From Mustelus asterias (Eukaryota), in the NCBI RefSeq assembly GCF_964213995.1, contig NC_135808.1:74462001-74526000 (forward strand): a DNA stretch of 64,000 nucleotides, given 5' to 3'. Made by a program: the position numbers and the translations under genes. The notes under the pieces are model-generated. The model was given only the letters and a program-made list of their open reading frames with translations, searched no databases and was not told where the DNA came from. Below, in pieces: positions 11,241 to 23,510 of the stretch. How positions within the stretch are numbered: the first letter of the stretch is position 1; each line of letters starts with the position of its first letter.

Positions 11241-12544
11241 TGCAGGATGGTGTGCAGTTCTGCCTTGTCCCGGGCCCCTGGTCAAAACCTGCTGGTCACT
11301 GCCTCCTGTCACCCTCTGGGAATGGGAACTGGGGAGGTGCAACAAGTAGTGCTCCCATTACTTTGAAAGCCATGAAGTGGGGGAATATGGGCAATGCCAC
11401 ACTGCCGCTTGTCTTCAGATTCCATTTCCTGTCTCCCAACTGGGCTTTCCAACTGTCTCTTTTCAGCTCTTTCCTTTCTCCAAAATGGCTTTTGCAAAAA
11501 CCTTGTTAAAAGAATCTTTAGCGTTTAAAAAGTTTCAATCATTTTTTCCCATCATATGAAGCTACTTATGTTTGAAGCTATGCAACACCCTTCATTTTGA
11601 GGAGCAGGGTGTTAGCTTGACTTTTCTCCTGCAGCACAGTTGAAGGACTGGTGGGTCAGGGAGCTGGTGTAAGTGGGCTCACTTTATCTGATGACTGGCT
11701 GCCAATCATGATTTCACCTAGAGCAACCTGCACAACCTAGTTCCAGCAGTTCTTCCCCCAGGGCAGGATGGAACAATCCATTGTCTAATGTGCAGATCTG
11801 GAAGAACTTGGGTCCATTGAGATTGAAAAGAGATAAATGAGAATGGCCATGTGTTAGACACAAAATGGCATTTGAAAGGTAAATGGTGCATTACTTTCAA
11901 TTATATCGTGATAAAGAAATGTTGTCATGAAAAAATGAAAGGCAAGCTAAGAACCACATCCGGAACCACTTGAGCAGCGGTTAATATCTGCAGTGACCCT
12001 CTAGGAAGGATCAGCAAGACATTCAGGAGACTCTGGAATAATTCACAAGACAGCTAAATACTCTGGCAAGAGGAATCATAGGTGCTGGACACGACCCCCT
12101 CTCTCCTATGTTTTGTGATATGTCATAAATACTTTATCAGTTTAAAATAATACATTTACAAAATGAACACCTAACCAGTGTCAAATGCAATCAAAATAAA
12201 TGAAACCCATCTTCCGAGTGTTAAGCGTTCACTAAAGTTCAGCAATTCAGTTGATTTGTTTTACTCTACCAAGGAAGGGTAGCAACATCAGAATGCTTTT
12301 TCTGGCACACTCCCTCCATAAACTGCTGATTTCCACAGCAAATTGAAACAATCCACCTATGGAGTAGGGGTTCAAACAGAATAGAGTTCAGTGTTCTTAA
12401 TGGAAATCCACCGACTGCATGGTTATTGTCAATCTCTTCAGTAAATGTTTTATTTTCAGAGTTTGGCATCAAAGGAAACGGCTGAAATTTTGTACTGAAA
12501 TCATTAATTCATGAATTCTCATTTCTCTTTCCTCCTCCCAAAAG

Positions 12545-12799
12545 TTCCATGTGCCCCTCAGAATGTACAAGCTGATGTTGACACTGCCACAGCTTTTGTA
12601 ACGTGGCAGCCGAGTAATCTCACAGTGTCGTACGCTGCAACAGCAGAGGGGAGTAATGGACACATCACCACCTGTACCACATCGGAAACACACTGTCAAA
12701 TCCCAGATCTTCAATGCAGCCAAATATACAGCATCTCTGTACTGGCATTTGATGAAAACTGCAGCAGCATCCAAAGCTCCAGTTACGATATTCAGACAA
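12545..12799 (+). CDS. FN3 exon F, repeat 1 (VPCAPQNVQADVDTAT...YDIQT)
   Basis: cctcccaaag|TTCCATGT ... CAGACAA|gtaaga; 255 nt; 5 Cys (lacks second Cys). Confidence 0.88.
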
Positions 12800-12824
12800 G
12801 TAAGACAGAAAGAAAGAAAAAAGC

Positions 12825-13160
12825 TTGACTTTATAAAACACCTTTCATTTTTTGAGGACATCTTGAAACACTTCACAGTCAAGAGGTTACTTTTGAAGTG
12901 CTGTCTGTGTAAGCAAACCGAGTAATCAATTCACTCACTTCAAGCTCTTGAAACAGAGGTTGAAATGAATAATAAGTGAATCTGTTTTGACTTCCTTTAT
13001 TGGGCGATGAATACTGGCTAGGATATCTTCCTGCTCCCCTTAAGGAAAAGCAGATTAGGTGTGAGTCTCATTGGGAAGGCAGCAGGTGGGAAACCAGCAT
13101 TGCCTCACTGCAACCACACCAGATAATTGTCTAACTGAGGTGGATCCCAAAGGTGACCTC
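12825..13160 (-). mobile_element. Old DeuSINE-like remnant; homologous remnant after exon F of repeat 3 (~44620-44735)
   Basis: Similar to the better preserved copy at 39775-40487 (ACATCTTGAAACACTTCACAG versus ACATCCCAAAGTACTTTACAA). Confidence 0.4.
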
Positions 13161-13674
13161 CCACCTTTGTGGGGTCAGTTGGAGCACAAATGGCCCGTCA
13201 GACTCCACAGATCCAGTGCGAGCCTTTAGTACTTTGATTTACACCACATAATAAAAGGGTCACTCATGGGTTGCATTACATGGGTTCTCTTACAGGACCT
13301 GTCACCCTGGTGATGCCATCCTGCAGTTGGGTTCCAGGATGCTCCTGTACACAGTGGCAGGAGTGCAGCTCCATGCCCATTGATTTCATCCCTGTTCAGC
13401 CTACATTTCAGCAACTTTTACTCACTGTGAATATCAGCAATAAGCTAGAGATTTGGGATCTGCATCCTTGTCAGTCCATCTGGCATCATTAAAACAAAGA
13501 TTTGAGCTGAAATTTGGTGGTCCTAAAACACATTTTTTGTACTGACTCACCACAATTATAAGTATGAATCCTTTGTTAAATTTATTTAAGTTTCATGAGC
13601 TGCTAACAAGGACCACTTGACCAAAGCATTGTTTGACATGAACCTAGTGCACATTAATATTTATATTTCCACAG

Positions 13675-13935
13675 CACCATGTTCCCCAGATGAAATCATT
13701 GTGAATGTGAACTGTAATTCTAATAGCGTCATAATACTATGGAGTCAGGCTAATGGAGCTGTGTCATACGATATAACTGCAGAAGGCAGTGATGGACATT
13801 CGCACTCATACAACACAGCCAAGGCACACTATGAAGTTCTGGATTTACACTGTGGACAGTCGTATAATATAACTGTAACAACACTCAGTTACCATCAGAA
13901 TGGCATTTCAAGTACATCTGTCCAAACCCGAACAG
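13675..13935 (+). CDS. FN3 exon G, repeat 1 (APCSPDEIIVNVNC...VQTRT)
   Basis: ttccacag|CACCATGT ... CGAACAG|gtaaag; 261 nt; 3 Cys. Confidence 0.9.
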
Positions 13936-14047
13936 GTAAAGCTATTAATCCTTAAATAATACATAGCATGGAAATACTTTTACCTTTGTTTTTTCTGCAT
14001 GTTTACAGGACAGAGAGACTTGATATTCATGTGTATTTTCTAAATAG

Positions 14048-14308
14048 CACCGTGTGTCCCTGAGAATCTAAAAACTGAGCTGGATTGTGATTCGAACACA
14101 GTCTCCTTCTCGTGGGATGTCACGGATGGAGCAAAGTTATACACTGTGACCGCCCACGATAGTCAAGGAGTCGCAGCTTTATTCAACACCAGAGATACAA
14201 AGGCTCAAATCCCACACCTACAGTGTGGTGAATATTATACAATCTTTGTTCTAGCAACGGATAACATCTGCAAAAGTCCTCAGAGTGCAGTGGTGAATGT
14301 ACATGCAG
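14048..14308 (+). CDS. FN3 exon H, repeat 1 (APCVPENLKTELDC...VNVHA)
   Basis: ctaaatag|CACCGTGT ... CATGCAG|gtaacg; 261 nt; 4 Cys. Confidence 0.92.
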
Positions 14309-15232
14309 GTAACGCCTCATTTCCATAATGCATTTTGTGACAAATGCTTAACAAATGCAATCTTGTGTTTTACGGACAGCATTTAAATGCTTAAATTTTT
14401 AAGCAGTTAATTTTGCTCTGGTGCGGGTTTGTGCATGGTGCAGGTTAAGTTGCTGGAAGGTGCACGGCTGGAATTACTCTGTACGTTGCTGACAATGTAG
14501 ACTGGCAAAGCTGTAGGAATACATTAGGTGCAGTGCTTAAATAGCAGAGGGGAAACAGTGGTCAAGGTGAAATGTTCAGCATTTTATAGCAGAAACCAGT
14601 CCCATCTGGTCTGTCCTTATTTAAGATCTGCTGAATCTTACGGTTGGGTCTCAGGTGGGTATTTGTACTGCCTGAAGCGGGTAGGCGTTTTATTACCGTC
14701 GACATAAGGGTTGGGAATGGTTCATGATTATTTCCAATCACATGAACTGTGCAGCAAGTCTCCAGTGCATCCTACAAAAGCTGACAACAAGGCCTAGCTA
14801 CTCTTGCAGGTGAGAGGGCTTTAAAATGGCTCATACATGTTGAAGGTAAGTGCATTCAATCTTTTAGATGACTCTTTTGTAGTTTTCTTTTTAATCAGTT
14901 CTGGGTTTTCATGATCTTTTGTGTTAGGTGCAATTATTTACTGATTTTGCCCAGGATTTCCTTCATTGGCAACAGAGGATTTGGCACCAGGAAATGTTTG
15001 CTGAGATGCTTGGAGGGAAAAGGAAACATGTGAAAGATGGCTAGTCAGATCAGACTGTACAAGAGTGGCTCTGTGCTTTTCCACACCACTTATACACCCC
15101 AGCATCTGTGGAGAGAAGTAGCCAAATTCACCTTGGCAATGTTTTACAGTTTGGAACCATCAGGCAAATGGTATACTTGAGATGCTTTGAAGAACATTTT
15201 AGTTTCTGCATGTGAACATGACTCAATAGTCA

Positions 15233-16386
15233 TGTAGAAGCATCGGGTTCCAATAACTGGCAACTAGAGGCTAAAAACAGTCGATGTTTATTAACAGTAA
15301 CTGAGCAGCTCTTGCATGCTGTCCGCCTGCACTCCGGGAAAACCCCCAAGCTGCTGTCATGTGATCCCAGTCTGTATCTGCGCCATTCCAACATCCACAT
15401 GACCACCCAGTCTACATCTTCTTCATTTAAGTTGGGAGAGCCTGTAGTACTGAGGTGTAACAATATAGTAGAATAGTCACAAGTATGAACTATTTACGAC
15501 ATATAAAATTAAACTGGGCTAACAACACCTGACTACTTATAACGTGCAGAATACCGATTAGGCTACAGCAACTGGTGCATTGCCCATCGCCTCTCCTTTC
15601 CCCTCCTTTTAGAACACAGTCCATTCATAGATGAGTTCATCACATAGTCCTTGAACATTGTATTTGGTTTATTCGTGTGCCCTGAGTAAGTGATTAGACC
15701 AGTTGGGCGTGCTTGACATGCCCTCGGGTTGATATTTTCAGTGTAAATGGCATCAGGTGTTGTGGCATACCCTGAGGCTGCAGGGCTTGCTGCAGTGGCC
15801 CCTGAAGGGGCCTTCATTTCAGCAGTATTTCAGGATCCTCCTCCTCCATTTGGAAACAAAGGACTTGTATTCCTCAACCGCCTCAGGACCCACTAAATAT
15901 AGGAGTCTGTACACTTGTACCTCTTTGATTTGTCCAAAAGGCTGGCACCACAGTAGATATGACGCTCTTTTTCAAATTTTGTCCAGTTGTCTGAGATGAT
16001 TTTGTCACAGTAAGGAGTCTAACAACACCAGGTTAAAATCCAACAGGTTTATTTGGTAGCAAACACCATGGTGTTTACCCCAGTCCAACGTCGGCATCTC
16101 CACATCATGATTTTGTCAAACACGAGCGGCTCAATGCAGCAAGTGGCCATTCTGTCAATTCCTGAAACCATGCAGAGGTACTGGGTTCCAATACCTGGCG
16201 CCCGGGGACTAACAACAACTGATGTTTATTAACAGTAACTGTGCAGCTCTTAAAGCCTGTGCTCTGGGAGAAATCCTGCACAACTGACATGTGACCCCTT
16301 TTGTATCCACGTCATCGCAGCATTCACATGACCACCTAGTCTACAAGTCACTTCGATAATACTAGTCACTTGTTAGTGCTGTCGCA
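15233..16386 (-). mobile_element. Internally deleted, decayed Gypsy (Mag-like) LTR element
   Basis: Diverged direct repeats starting at 15233 and 16171; minus strand ...TGCA|TGGTTTCAG (PBS), gag start MATCCIEPLVFDKIISDNWTKFEKE...QVYRLLYLVGPEAVEEY, integrase-tail-like KDYVM, purine tract AAAAGGAGGGGAAAGGAGAGG before the 3' LTR. Confidence 0.6.
16008..16106. mobile_element. Penelope-derived mini-insertion with inverted 5' part, 12-bp TSD
   Basis: ATGATTTTGTCA at 15996-16007 and 16107-16118; 16008-16068 inverted, 16071-16106 direct. Confidence 0.85.
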
Positions 16387-16612
16387 ATACAGAATTAATG
16401 CAGGTTTACATTTATGGTGTTAATTTGGATGAAGTATGGACACACTCCATACTTTCATTTTCTATTCAAATTCCTGCGCTTCTAGAATGAAAAGTTTGAA
16501 TACAATTATTGATTGTTTAGTAAACACGTCCATCCAATTATTTATTTGAACTTACATTAATGATTTGATTCTATCAACTGACATCCATTCTCACTTTCAA
16601 TCTTATTTTCAG

Positions 16613-16873
16613 TCCCTTGTGATCCACAGAATGTAGAAGTGAGACTGGATTGTAACCTAAATACAGCTTTGGTGTCGTGGGATGACAGTAGAGGGGCGCT
16701 GTTGTACACTGCCTTTGCTGAAGGACCCGGTGGGAGCATCACATCGTGCAGCACATCAGAAACATCATGTAGAACTCCCAAGTTACTCTGTGGCCAGTTA
16801 TATTCTGTATATGTCATCGCGTCTGACAGCACATGTAACCAATCTCAGAGTTCAATGGTTGAGCTTCAAACAG
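16613..16873 (+). CDS. FN3 exon I, repeat 1 (VPCDPQNVEVRLDC...VELQT)
   Basis: ttattttcag|TCCCTTGT ... CAAACAG|gtaact; 261 nt. Confidence 0.93.
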
Positions 16874-16997
16874 GTAACTTTTGTTAACTCGTGTTAACTT
16901 ATAAACTTATAATAACATGCAACAAGTATCAGTAACCTCAAGGTCTCTCAGTTGGTTCACACCACCTAATTTCTTCCATTAAATGTATACTTTCCCT

Positions 16998-17231
16998 TGG
17001 TTTCGGTTAGCTCAGTTGCCTGGACAACTGGTCTGTGATGCAAAGTGACGCCAACAGCGCGGATTCAATTCCTGTACTGGCTGAGGTCGTTCATGAAGGC
17101 CCTGTCTTCTCAGCTTTGCCCATTGCCTGAGGTGTGGTGATCCACGGTTTAACTCACCACTAGTCAGCTCTCCCTCTCAAAGGAGTGGGCAGCCTGTGGT
17201 CATCTGGGACTATGGCAACCTTACCTTTTAC
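16998..17231 (+). mobile_element. tRNA-derived SINE (second family)
   Basis: GGTTAGCTCAGTTG A box, GGATTCAATTCC B box, tail GGGACTATGGCAACCTTACCTTT; second copy at 39868-40088. Confidence 0.75.
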
Positions 17232-17372
17232 TCTCAACCCTGCACATCTTCCCGTAATAACAGGAAGAATTATGTTGAAACTTTTTGAAATGCTGTTTGT
17301 ATATTCACATTGTTGAATCTAAGTAAAGCACTGTCTGTGCCTTCATCCATCTTGTTTCTCTGGTACCTTTAG

Positions 17373-17633
17373 CCCCTTGCAGTCCCCAGATTGTCAGTGC
17401 TTATTTGGAGTGTGCAACACACACAGCGTCAGTATTGTGGGAGCAGAGTGACGGTGCAGTGAACTACATCGCGATTGCAGAAGGAATGGAAGGAGACAAG
17501 TATTCATGCAATACAACAGAGGAAAGCTGCGAGATCGTAGACCTCCCGTGTGGTCAGATATACAGCATCACGATATTAGCAATGGATGAGAATTGTGCTA
17601 GTTTACCAAGTCCAGCTTTGGAAATTCAAGCAG
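17373..17633 (+). CDS. FN3 exon A, repeat 2
   Basis: cctttag|CCCCTTGC ... CAAGCAG|gtaaaa; 261 nt. Confidence 0.93.
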
Positions 17634-17869
17634 GTAAAAGCTTTGGTTCTCTTTTTATGAAGATAAACAAATAAAGGTCCTGAAAGACGGAAAAAAATAG
17701 AAGTAACATTATCAAGCAGTGTATTAATAAACACCACCTCACATATTGTAAATTGCTAATTGCAAAATTACTCTGAGTTAAAGACTCATATATCCAGGTG
17801 TTAATTCGATCAGATGTTGGTCAAATTGCATCTTCTTCATGCTGTATAGCTCATAATTGCACAGGGATT

Positions 17870-20800
17870 GATGTTTTTTAAACCATTGCAGGGCACTCAC
17901 ACCAATGCTAGTGAAAGTGGGAGCTGTACCCTTGGGACTAGTATTCTGGCAAGTCATATAACAAGGGCAGTAGAGAGGGCTTTAAATTAAATAGTGAGCG
18001 AGGGATCAAGTTTTTACACGAATTCGGCACTTTAAAATTTTTTTGGAAGAATCCCACCCAACTAATTTCTCCTCTCACCACCTGCCCATAAACAGGAAGG
18101 TGTTTCGATTTGTTTTCCTCTTTCTAAGCGATAGTATATTTCCCCAACCCCTCGGTTTTTGTGCTATCCAAATTTCCATTAATAACCCCACAGCAAACTC
18201 AAGACAGGATGGACTCAAAGGGTTACTTAATTTGCACATACTCAAAACGTCACACGTAGACAGTAAAGAGAGGGTGAGAGAAAACAGGGTTTTACAGTAT
18301 AGTTACCACAGAAAAAATGAATATTGGTTCACCTGAGTTCCAGAGTCCAGAATCAAAGTCCCATGAAATATTCCTTCACAGAGGCTGGCAGGCTAAAAGC
18401 TGATGTTGTAGAATCGATTTTTCCAGTGTTTTTGGACAGTTTCCTAGGGTATTGAGTTCTAAAGCCGACCAGAGAGAATAGCTGTACTCGATCAGATAAT
18501 GTGCAATGAGACATGATAAATCAGTAACCCTAAGTATCAGTGACATGATATGATTGAATTTCACATTCAGTTTGGAGGAGAGAGGAATGGATCAAAGACA
18601 AGTGTTTTAAACTTAAATAAGGGCAATTGTGAGGGCATAAAGATCTAAATAAAATGTACTTAGAAATTAGGTTTAGGGACACATTAGCAGAAATATAGTG
18701 ATTTCACAAACTGAGATAGGCACAGAGAGAGGAATCTGTCTTATAGGCGATGGCACAGAGTTTCCAACAGAGGCAGTGCACATGGGGCCAGGTATTCAAC
18801 CTGGGCAGAGTTCTTTCTGTGTGGCTGCTAGTCAGATGTTGAAAAGCAGACTGGGCTATGCAGTTCAGCAAGGCTATCACCGTTACCAAAATAGTAAAAA
18901 GTGTTACAGCCACCTGAGGAAAGGTTAAAAATGACTCCCCTATTCTACCAAGCCAGGTCTGACTATAACAAAGTTTTTTTTTTGTGAATTTAGAGGGGAT
19001 GCACTTTACCAATAATGTTGGAATTCCATTGCGTATGCTTTCAGATTGTAAAGAATTAGTCACATAGGTTGTCTGAGTTTAAACAAAGAACAAGATAAGC
19101 TTATTGAAGCTACTTCACAAATTATTTTTAAAAGTATGTAAATCGCAACCACAGTCATATGTCTCTTGCATTCCTTAGGTGTGCACACAGACACACACAC
19201 ACACACAGTAGTACAGATGGTGGAATAATAAGATAGACTTAAAGACCTTTTTACAGTTTGTGAACAAGCTAAAACAATGGAGTATATGGTTATCTGTCCT
19301 TTGACTCGTCTCGATGTGGCGATTCCACACTATGGCCATTTTGTTCAGTTGTCTTGCCAGGTGTAGTTGTATGGAGCAAATTTTCACATTTTATTCCTTT
19401 GTGAGAAAGATATGGAGATAATCATGGGTGGTTTCAATCTACACATAGTAGATTCAATGATATCTATGAATCAGATTGGCAAAGGTAGTTTGGATGATGA
19501 GTTCATAGTGTTTTTGGACAGTTTCCTAGGGTATTGAGTTCTAAACCCAACCAAAGAGCAAGCCGTACTCAATCTGATAATGTGCAATGAGACAGGATAA
19601 ATCAATAACCTCATAGTAAAGTACCTCTAAGTATCAGTGACACACGATTGAATTTCACATTCAGTTTGAAGGAGGGACGAATGGATCAAAGACAAGTGTT
19701 TTAAACTTAAATAAGGGCAATTATGAGGGCATAAGAGTTCTAAATAAGGTGAATTCAGAAATTAGGATTAGGGATAAATTAATAGAAATACAGTGACAGA
19801 CATTTAAGGAGATTTTTCAGAGTAATCATAAAAGATTCCAATGAGGAAGAAAGACTATGGGGGAAGATCACACCATCCGTGGCTAACTAAGGAAGTTAAA
19901 GATAGTATCAAATTGAAATAAAAAGTATATAATTCTGCAAAGGTGAGTCGTAGGCACAGAATATAAAGAGCAGCAAAACATGACTAAAATATTAATAAGG
20001 AAAAAGAAATTAGAGCATGAGAGAAAACTGGTTAAAAGTATAAAAACAGATAGTATACATTTCTACAGGTGTTTAAAAAGGAAAGAGTAACTAAAGTGAG
20101 TGTGGGGAATGAATAATGGAAAGTAAGACAATGGTGGATGAACTAAACAAATATTTATGGTTGTCTTCACTGTAGAGGATACAAATAACACCCCAGAAAT
20201 AAGTGTGAATAAGGAGGTGAAAGGCAGGGAGGAACTTAAAACAATTACCATCACCAGAGTAAAGGCACTGAGAAAATTAATAGAACTAAAAACTGACAAG
20301 TCTCCATCCTAGTGTCTTAAAAGAAATGGCCGCTGAATTGTAGATGCACTGGTTTTAATTTTCCAAGATTCCCTATGTTCTGGAATGGCCCCATCAAATT
20401 GTAAAATAGCAAATGTGAATCCATTATTCAAGAAAGGAGCGAGACAGAAAGCAGAAAACTACAGGCTAGTTAGCTTATCATCTGTCATAGGGAAATTGCT
20501 GGAATCTGTGGTTAACAAGGTTTAGTGGGGCACTCAGAAAATCTCAGTGCAATCGGGCAAAGTCAACATGGTTTTGTGAAAGGGAAATCAGGTTTGATTA
20601 ATTTATTGGAGTTATTTGAGCAAGTAACAAACAATGTGGATTAAGGAGAACCTGTGGATGTGCTGTACTTAGATTTTCAGACGGTACTTGACAAGGTGCT
20701 GCATCAAAGATTGCTATAGAAGATAAGAGGTCATGGTGTAGTGGGTAACATACATTAGCATGGGTAGAGGATTGTTTAGCTAACAAGAAATAGAGAGTAG

Positions 20801-22375
20801 GCGTAAGTGGGTCATTTTCAGGTTGGCAAGATGGGACGAGTAGTGTGCCACAAGGGTCAGTGCTAGGCCCGCAACAATTTACAAATTACTTGGATGAAAG
20901 GACCATATATGGTTGCTAATTTTGGTAATGATAGATAGGAAAGTAAGTTGTGAAGAGGACACAGGGAGTCTGCAAAGGGATATAGATAGGTTAAGTGAGT
21001 GGACAAAAATTTGGCAGATGGAGTGAGTGCAATGTGGGAAAATGTCCACTTTGGCAGGAAGAATAATAAAGCAGCTTATTATTTAAAAGGAGAGTGACAG
21101 TAGAATTTTGAGGTACAGAGGGATCTGGATGTCCTGGTACATGAATCAGGACAAGCTAGTATGGAGATGCAGACGGCAAATGGAATGTTGTCATTTATTG
21201 CAAGGGGAATGGGATATAAAAATAGGAAGTTTTGTTGCAGTTGGATGGGGCGTTGGTGAGATGATATCTGGAGTACTGTGTGCAGTTTTAGTCTCCTTAT
21301 TTAAGAAAAGGTATAAATATGTTAGAAACAATTCAGAGAAGATCCACTTGACTGGTAGCACCTGGGAAACACATCCCTGCTGACTCCAAATACCCCACAT
21401 TTCACACTCGAATGAGCGTTAATTGACATCAAGAGGACCTCTGCCCCTCACTCAGGAGGAAGTCAGCCATTGTGAGCTGCTGGCCAATCAGACTGGGCCG
21501 TAGCTTTCCAATCCCTGCAACAACAAAAGCTGAAGCAGACTGAAGAGGAACTTTAAGAAGATGCCGGAGCCTAAATCCTGGGACCAGAAGACAAGAGAAG
21601 TTTAAGGGGTCTCAGGGTGGGAGGGTAGGGAAGGCAAAGGGGATGATCGGGGTGTCAGTTCGGGCATCCACCAAGCCAGGTAAATCCTCCAGTTAACCTA
21701 TAAATGGAAGCTGGGCAGGAAATGGCCCTTAAGTAGCTAATAATTTGCCACTTATTAGCCTCAGCTGGGGCAAGGGGAGACGTCACAGCTGAGGTCTTGC
21801 CGAGTAATTGTAAAATCACTGCAAGGTTGGTGCAGGAAATTTAGGATGGCCAATCCACCTAACCCACACACCTTTGGAGTGTGGGAGGAAACCAGAACAC
21901 CCGGAGGAAACCCAGGCAGAATGTGCAAACAGCGACACAGACAGTGACCTAAGCCGGGAATCGAACTCAGATCTCTGGCGCTTTGAGGCAGCAGTGCTAA
22001 CCACTGTGCCACCGTGCCGCCCATTCAGACCATAAGATCCTGAGGGAACTTGACGGGGTGGATGCTGAAAGGATGTTTCCCCTTCTGGGAGAGACCAGAA
22101 CCAGCAGATACAGTTTAAGATTAAAGGGTTTTCCATTTAAGATGAGGATAAGAAGAATTGTTTTCTCTCGTTGGGTCACGAGTATTTGGAATTCACTGCC
22201 TGAGGGGAAGGCTTATTGAACACTTTTAATGTGGAGGTAGAGAGATTGTTGACTCACAAGCTTACCTGTGGTGGGCAGGCATGTGTTGAGGCCACAATCC
22301 GGTCATCAATTATCTTACTGAATTACTCAAGGGGCCAAGTTGCCTTACTCCTGCTTTTAATTCATTTGATCACAT
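17870..22375 (+). mobile_element. Old fragmented CR1 (ORF1 end ~17870-18000; ORF2 ~19405-21355; 3' end ~22023-22375) with nested insertions
   Basis: Decayed IIMGGFN, PSPWL, KAENYRLVSL, QHGFVKGKS, VPQGSVLGP, EYCVQF motifs with many stops and frameshifts. Confidence 0.8.
21846..22022 (-). mobile_element. V-SINE 5' half
   Basis: GGGCGGCACGGTGGCACAGTGGTTAGC head on the minus strand. Confidence 0.85.
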
Positions 22376-23137
22376 GTTTGTATTACAGAGAATGTTTTAT
22401 GGGGGCTCCCAGAACTCATACAATGAAGGGGAGCCAGTGACACTGATCAGGTATCCCACTGGATGCCAAGCTAGAACTGAGATCAGGAGCCTGAATCTCC
22501 TTTCAGCAGGATTGCCTGGAGCAATGCACCTTCTGACGTGGAAATCGTATCTCTAATACCAAATCGAAAGACCGGCAATTGAGAGTTGATTGACTAGAAA
22601 TCGTAGCAGTTTATTATTAGATTACTGTACCAATAATAGAGAGTGTAACAACTATTCATCCATCCATTGCCAGGCACCTGGAATGTGGGTGAAGGAACTC
22701 ATTATAAAACCAGAGCGTACCTCTTCTCATTCTTACCTTGTTTGTATAATCCAAATTTGCTATGTATCCATTTGCACATATATTTTGGTTTCTTAACCAG
22801 ACCTGAGCCCATTATTTCTATTTCACATTTCTTTTACATCTTGGACCATTTTCTCCTCTCACATCCTGTGTACTCATTCAGTTCTCCTTCAGGACCCTTG
22901 ATAAAACTCACTTCTTAGATCAAGCTTTTATCATTACTAATAGCTCCACCTTTGCTCAGCATTCATTTTCTCTTTTACACTTCATTAACCAGCGTGCTAT
23001 GTTTTTGCATGTTAATTGAATTATAAATATGCAAATAGTTATTGTTCTGTCAGTAAGTCAATGTTTAGTCATGTATATGTGGTATTTAAATGTACAATGG
23101 TTTAAGAATACTTTCCTGTGTTTTCTTCTTTTCGCAG

Positions 23138-23398
23138 TGCCTTGTATCCCACAGAATGTGGTCGCTCACATCAACTGTGAAAGTAATAATGTGTCAGTGT
23201 TTTGGGATCCCAGTAATGGTACAGAGTCATACCTTGTAACAGCCCAAGGAAACAATTATCATTGGACCTCATGCAATGCAACAGACACTGAATGTGTGAT
23301 CTCGGATGTGTACTGTGGACTGAGCTACTATATAACTGTACAGGCAATCCGCATGCAATGTAACAGCTCACAAAGCTCTGCTGTTACAGTTAAAACAG
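23138..23398 (+). CDS. FN3 exon B, repeat 2
   Basis: ttttcgcag|TGCCTTGT ... AAAACAG|gtaatt; 261 nt. Confidence 0.93.
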
Positions 23399-23425
23399 GT
23401 AATTCTAGACAAGGAATTGGGCAGT

Positions 23426-23498
23426 GGTCAGTTAGCTCAGATGGTTAGACGTGGTGCTAATAACACCAAGGTTGCGGTTTCAATCCCCATACTGACCA
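23426..23498 (+). pseudogene. tRNA-Ile(AAT)-like pseudogene
   Basis: Acceptor GGTCAGT/ACTGACC-A, anticodon arm TGGTG-CT-AAT-AA-CACCA; D stem lacks a G (GAC for GAGC) and the T stem is mismatched. Confidence 0.75.
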
Positions 23499-23510
23499 GT
23501 AAACTTTCTT

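Noticed and set aside
19184-19207. (CA)n microsatellite (also ~52244-52260)
   Set aside because: Short and ordinary.
18030-19400. Possible solo LTRs or ERV fragments (also 22380-22670)
   Set aside because: I could not establish TG...CA ends with TSDs or coding similarity by eye; left unannotated.
23426-23498. Functional tRNA-Ile gene
   Set aside because: D stem deletion, broken T stem, altered B box and absence from paralogous introns indicate a retroposed pseudogene.
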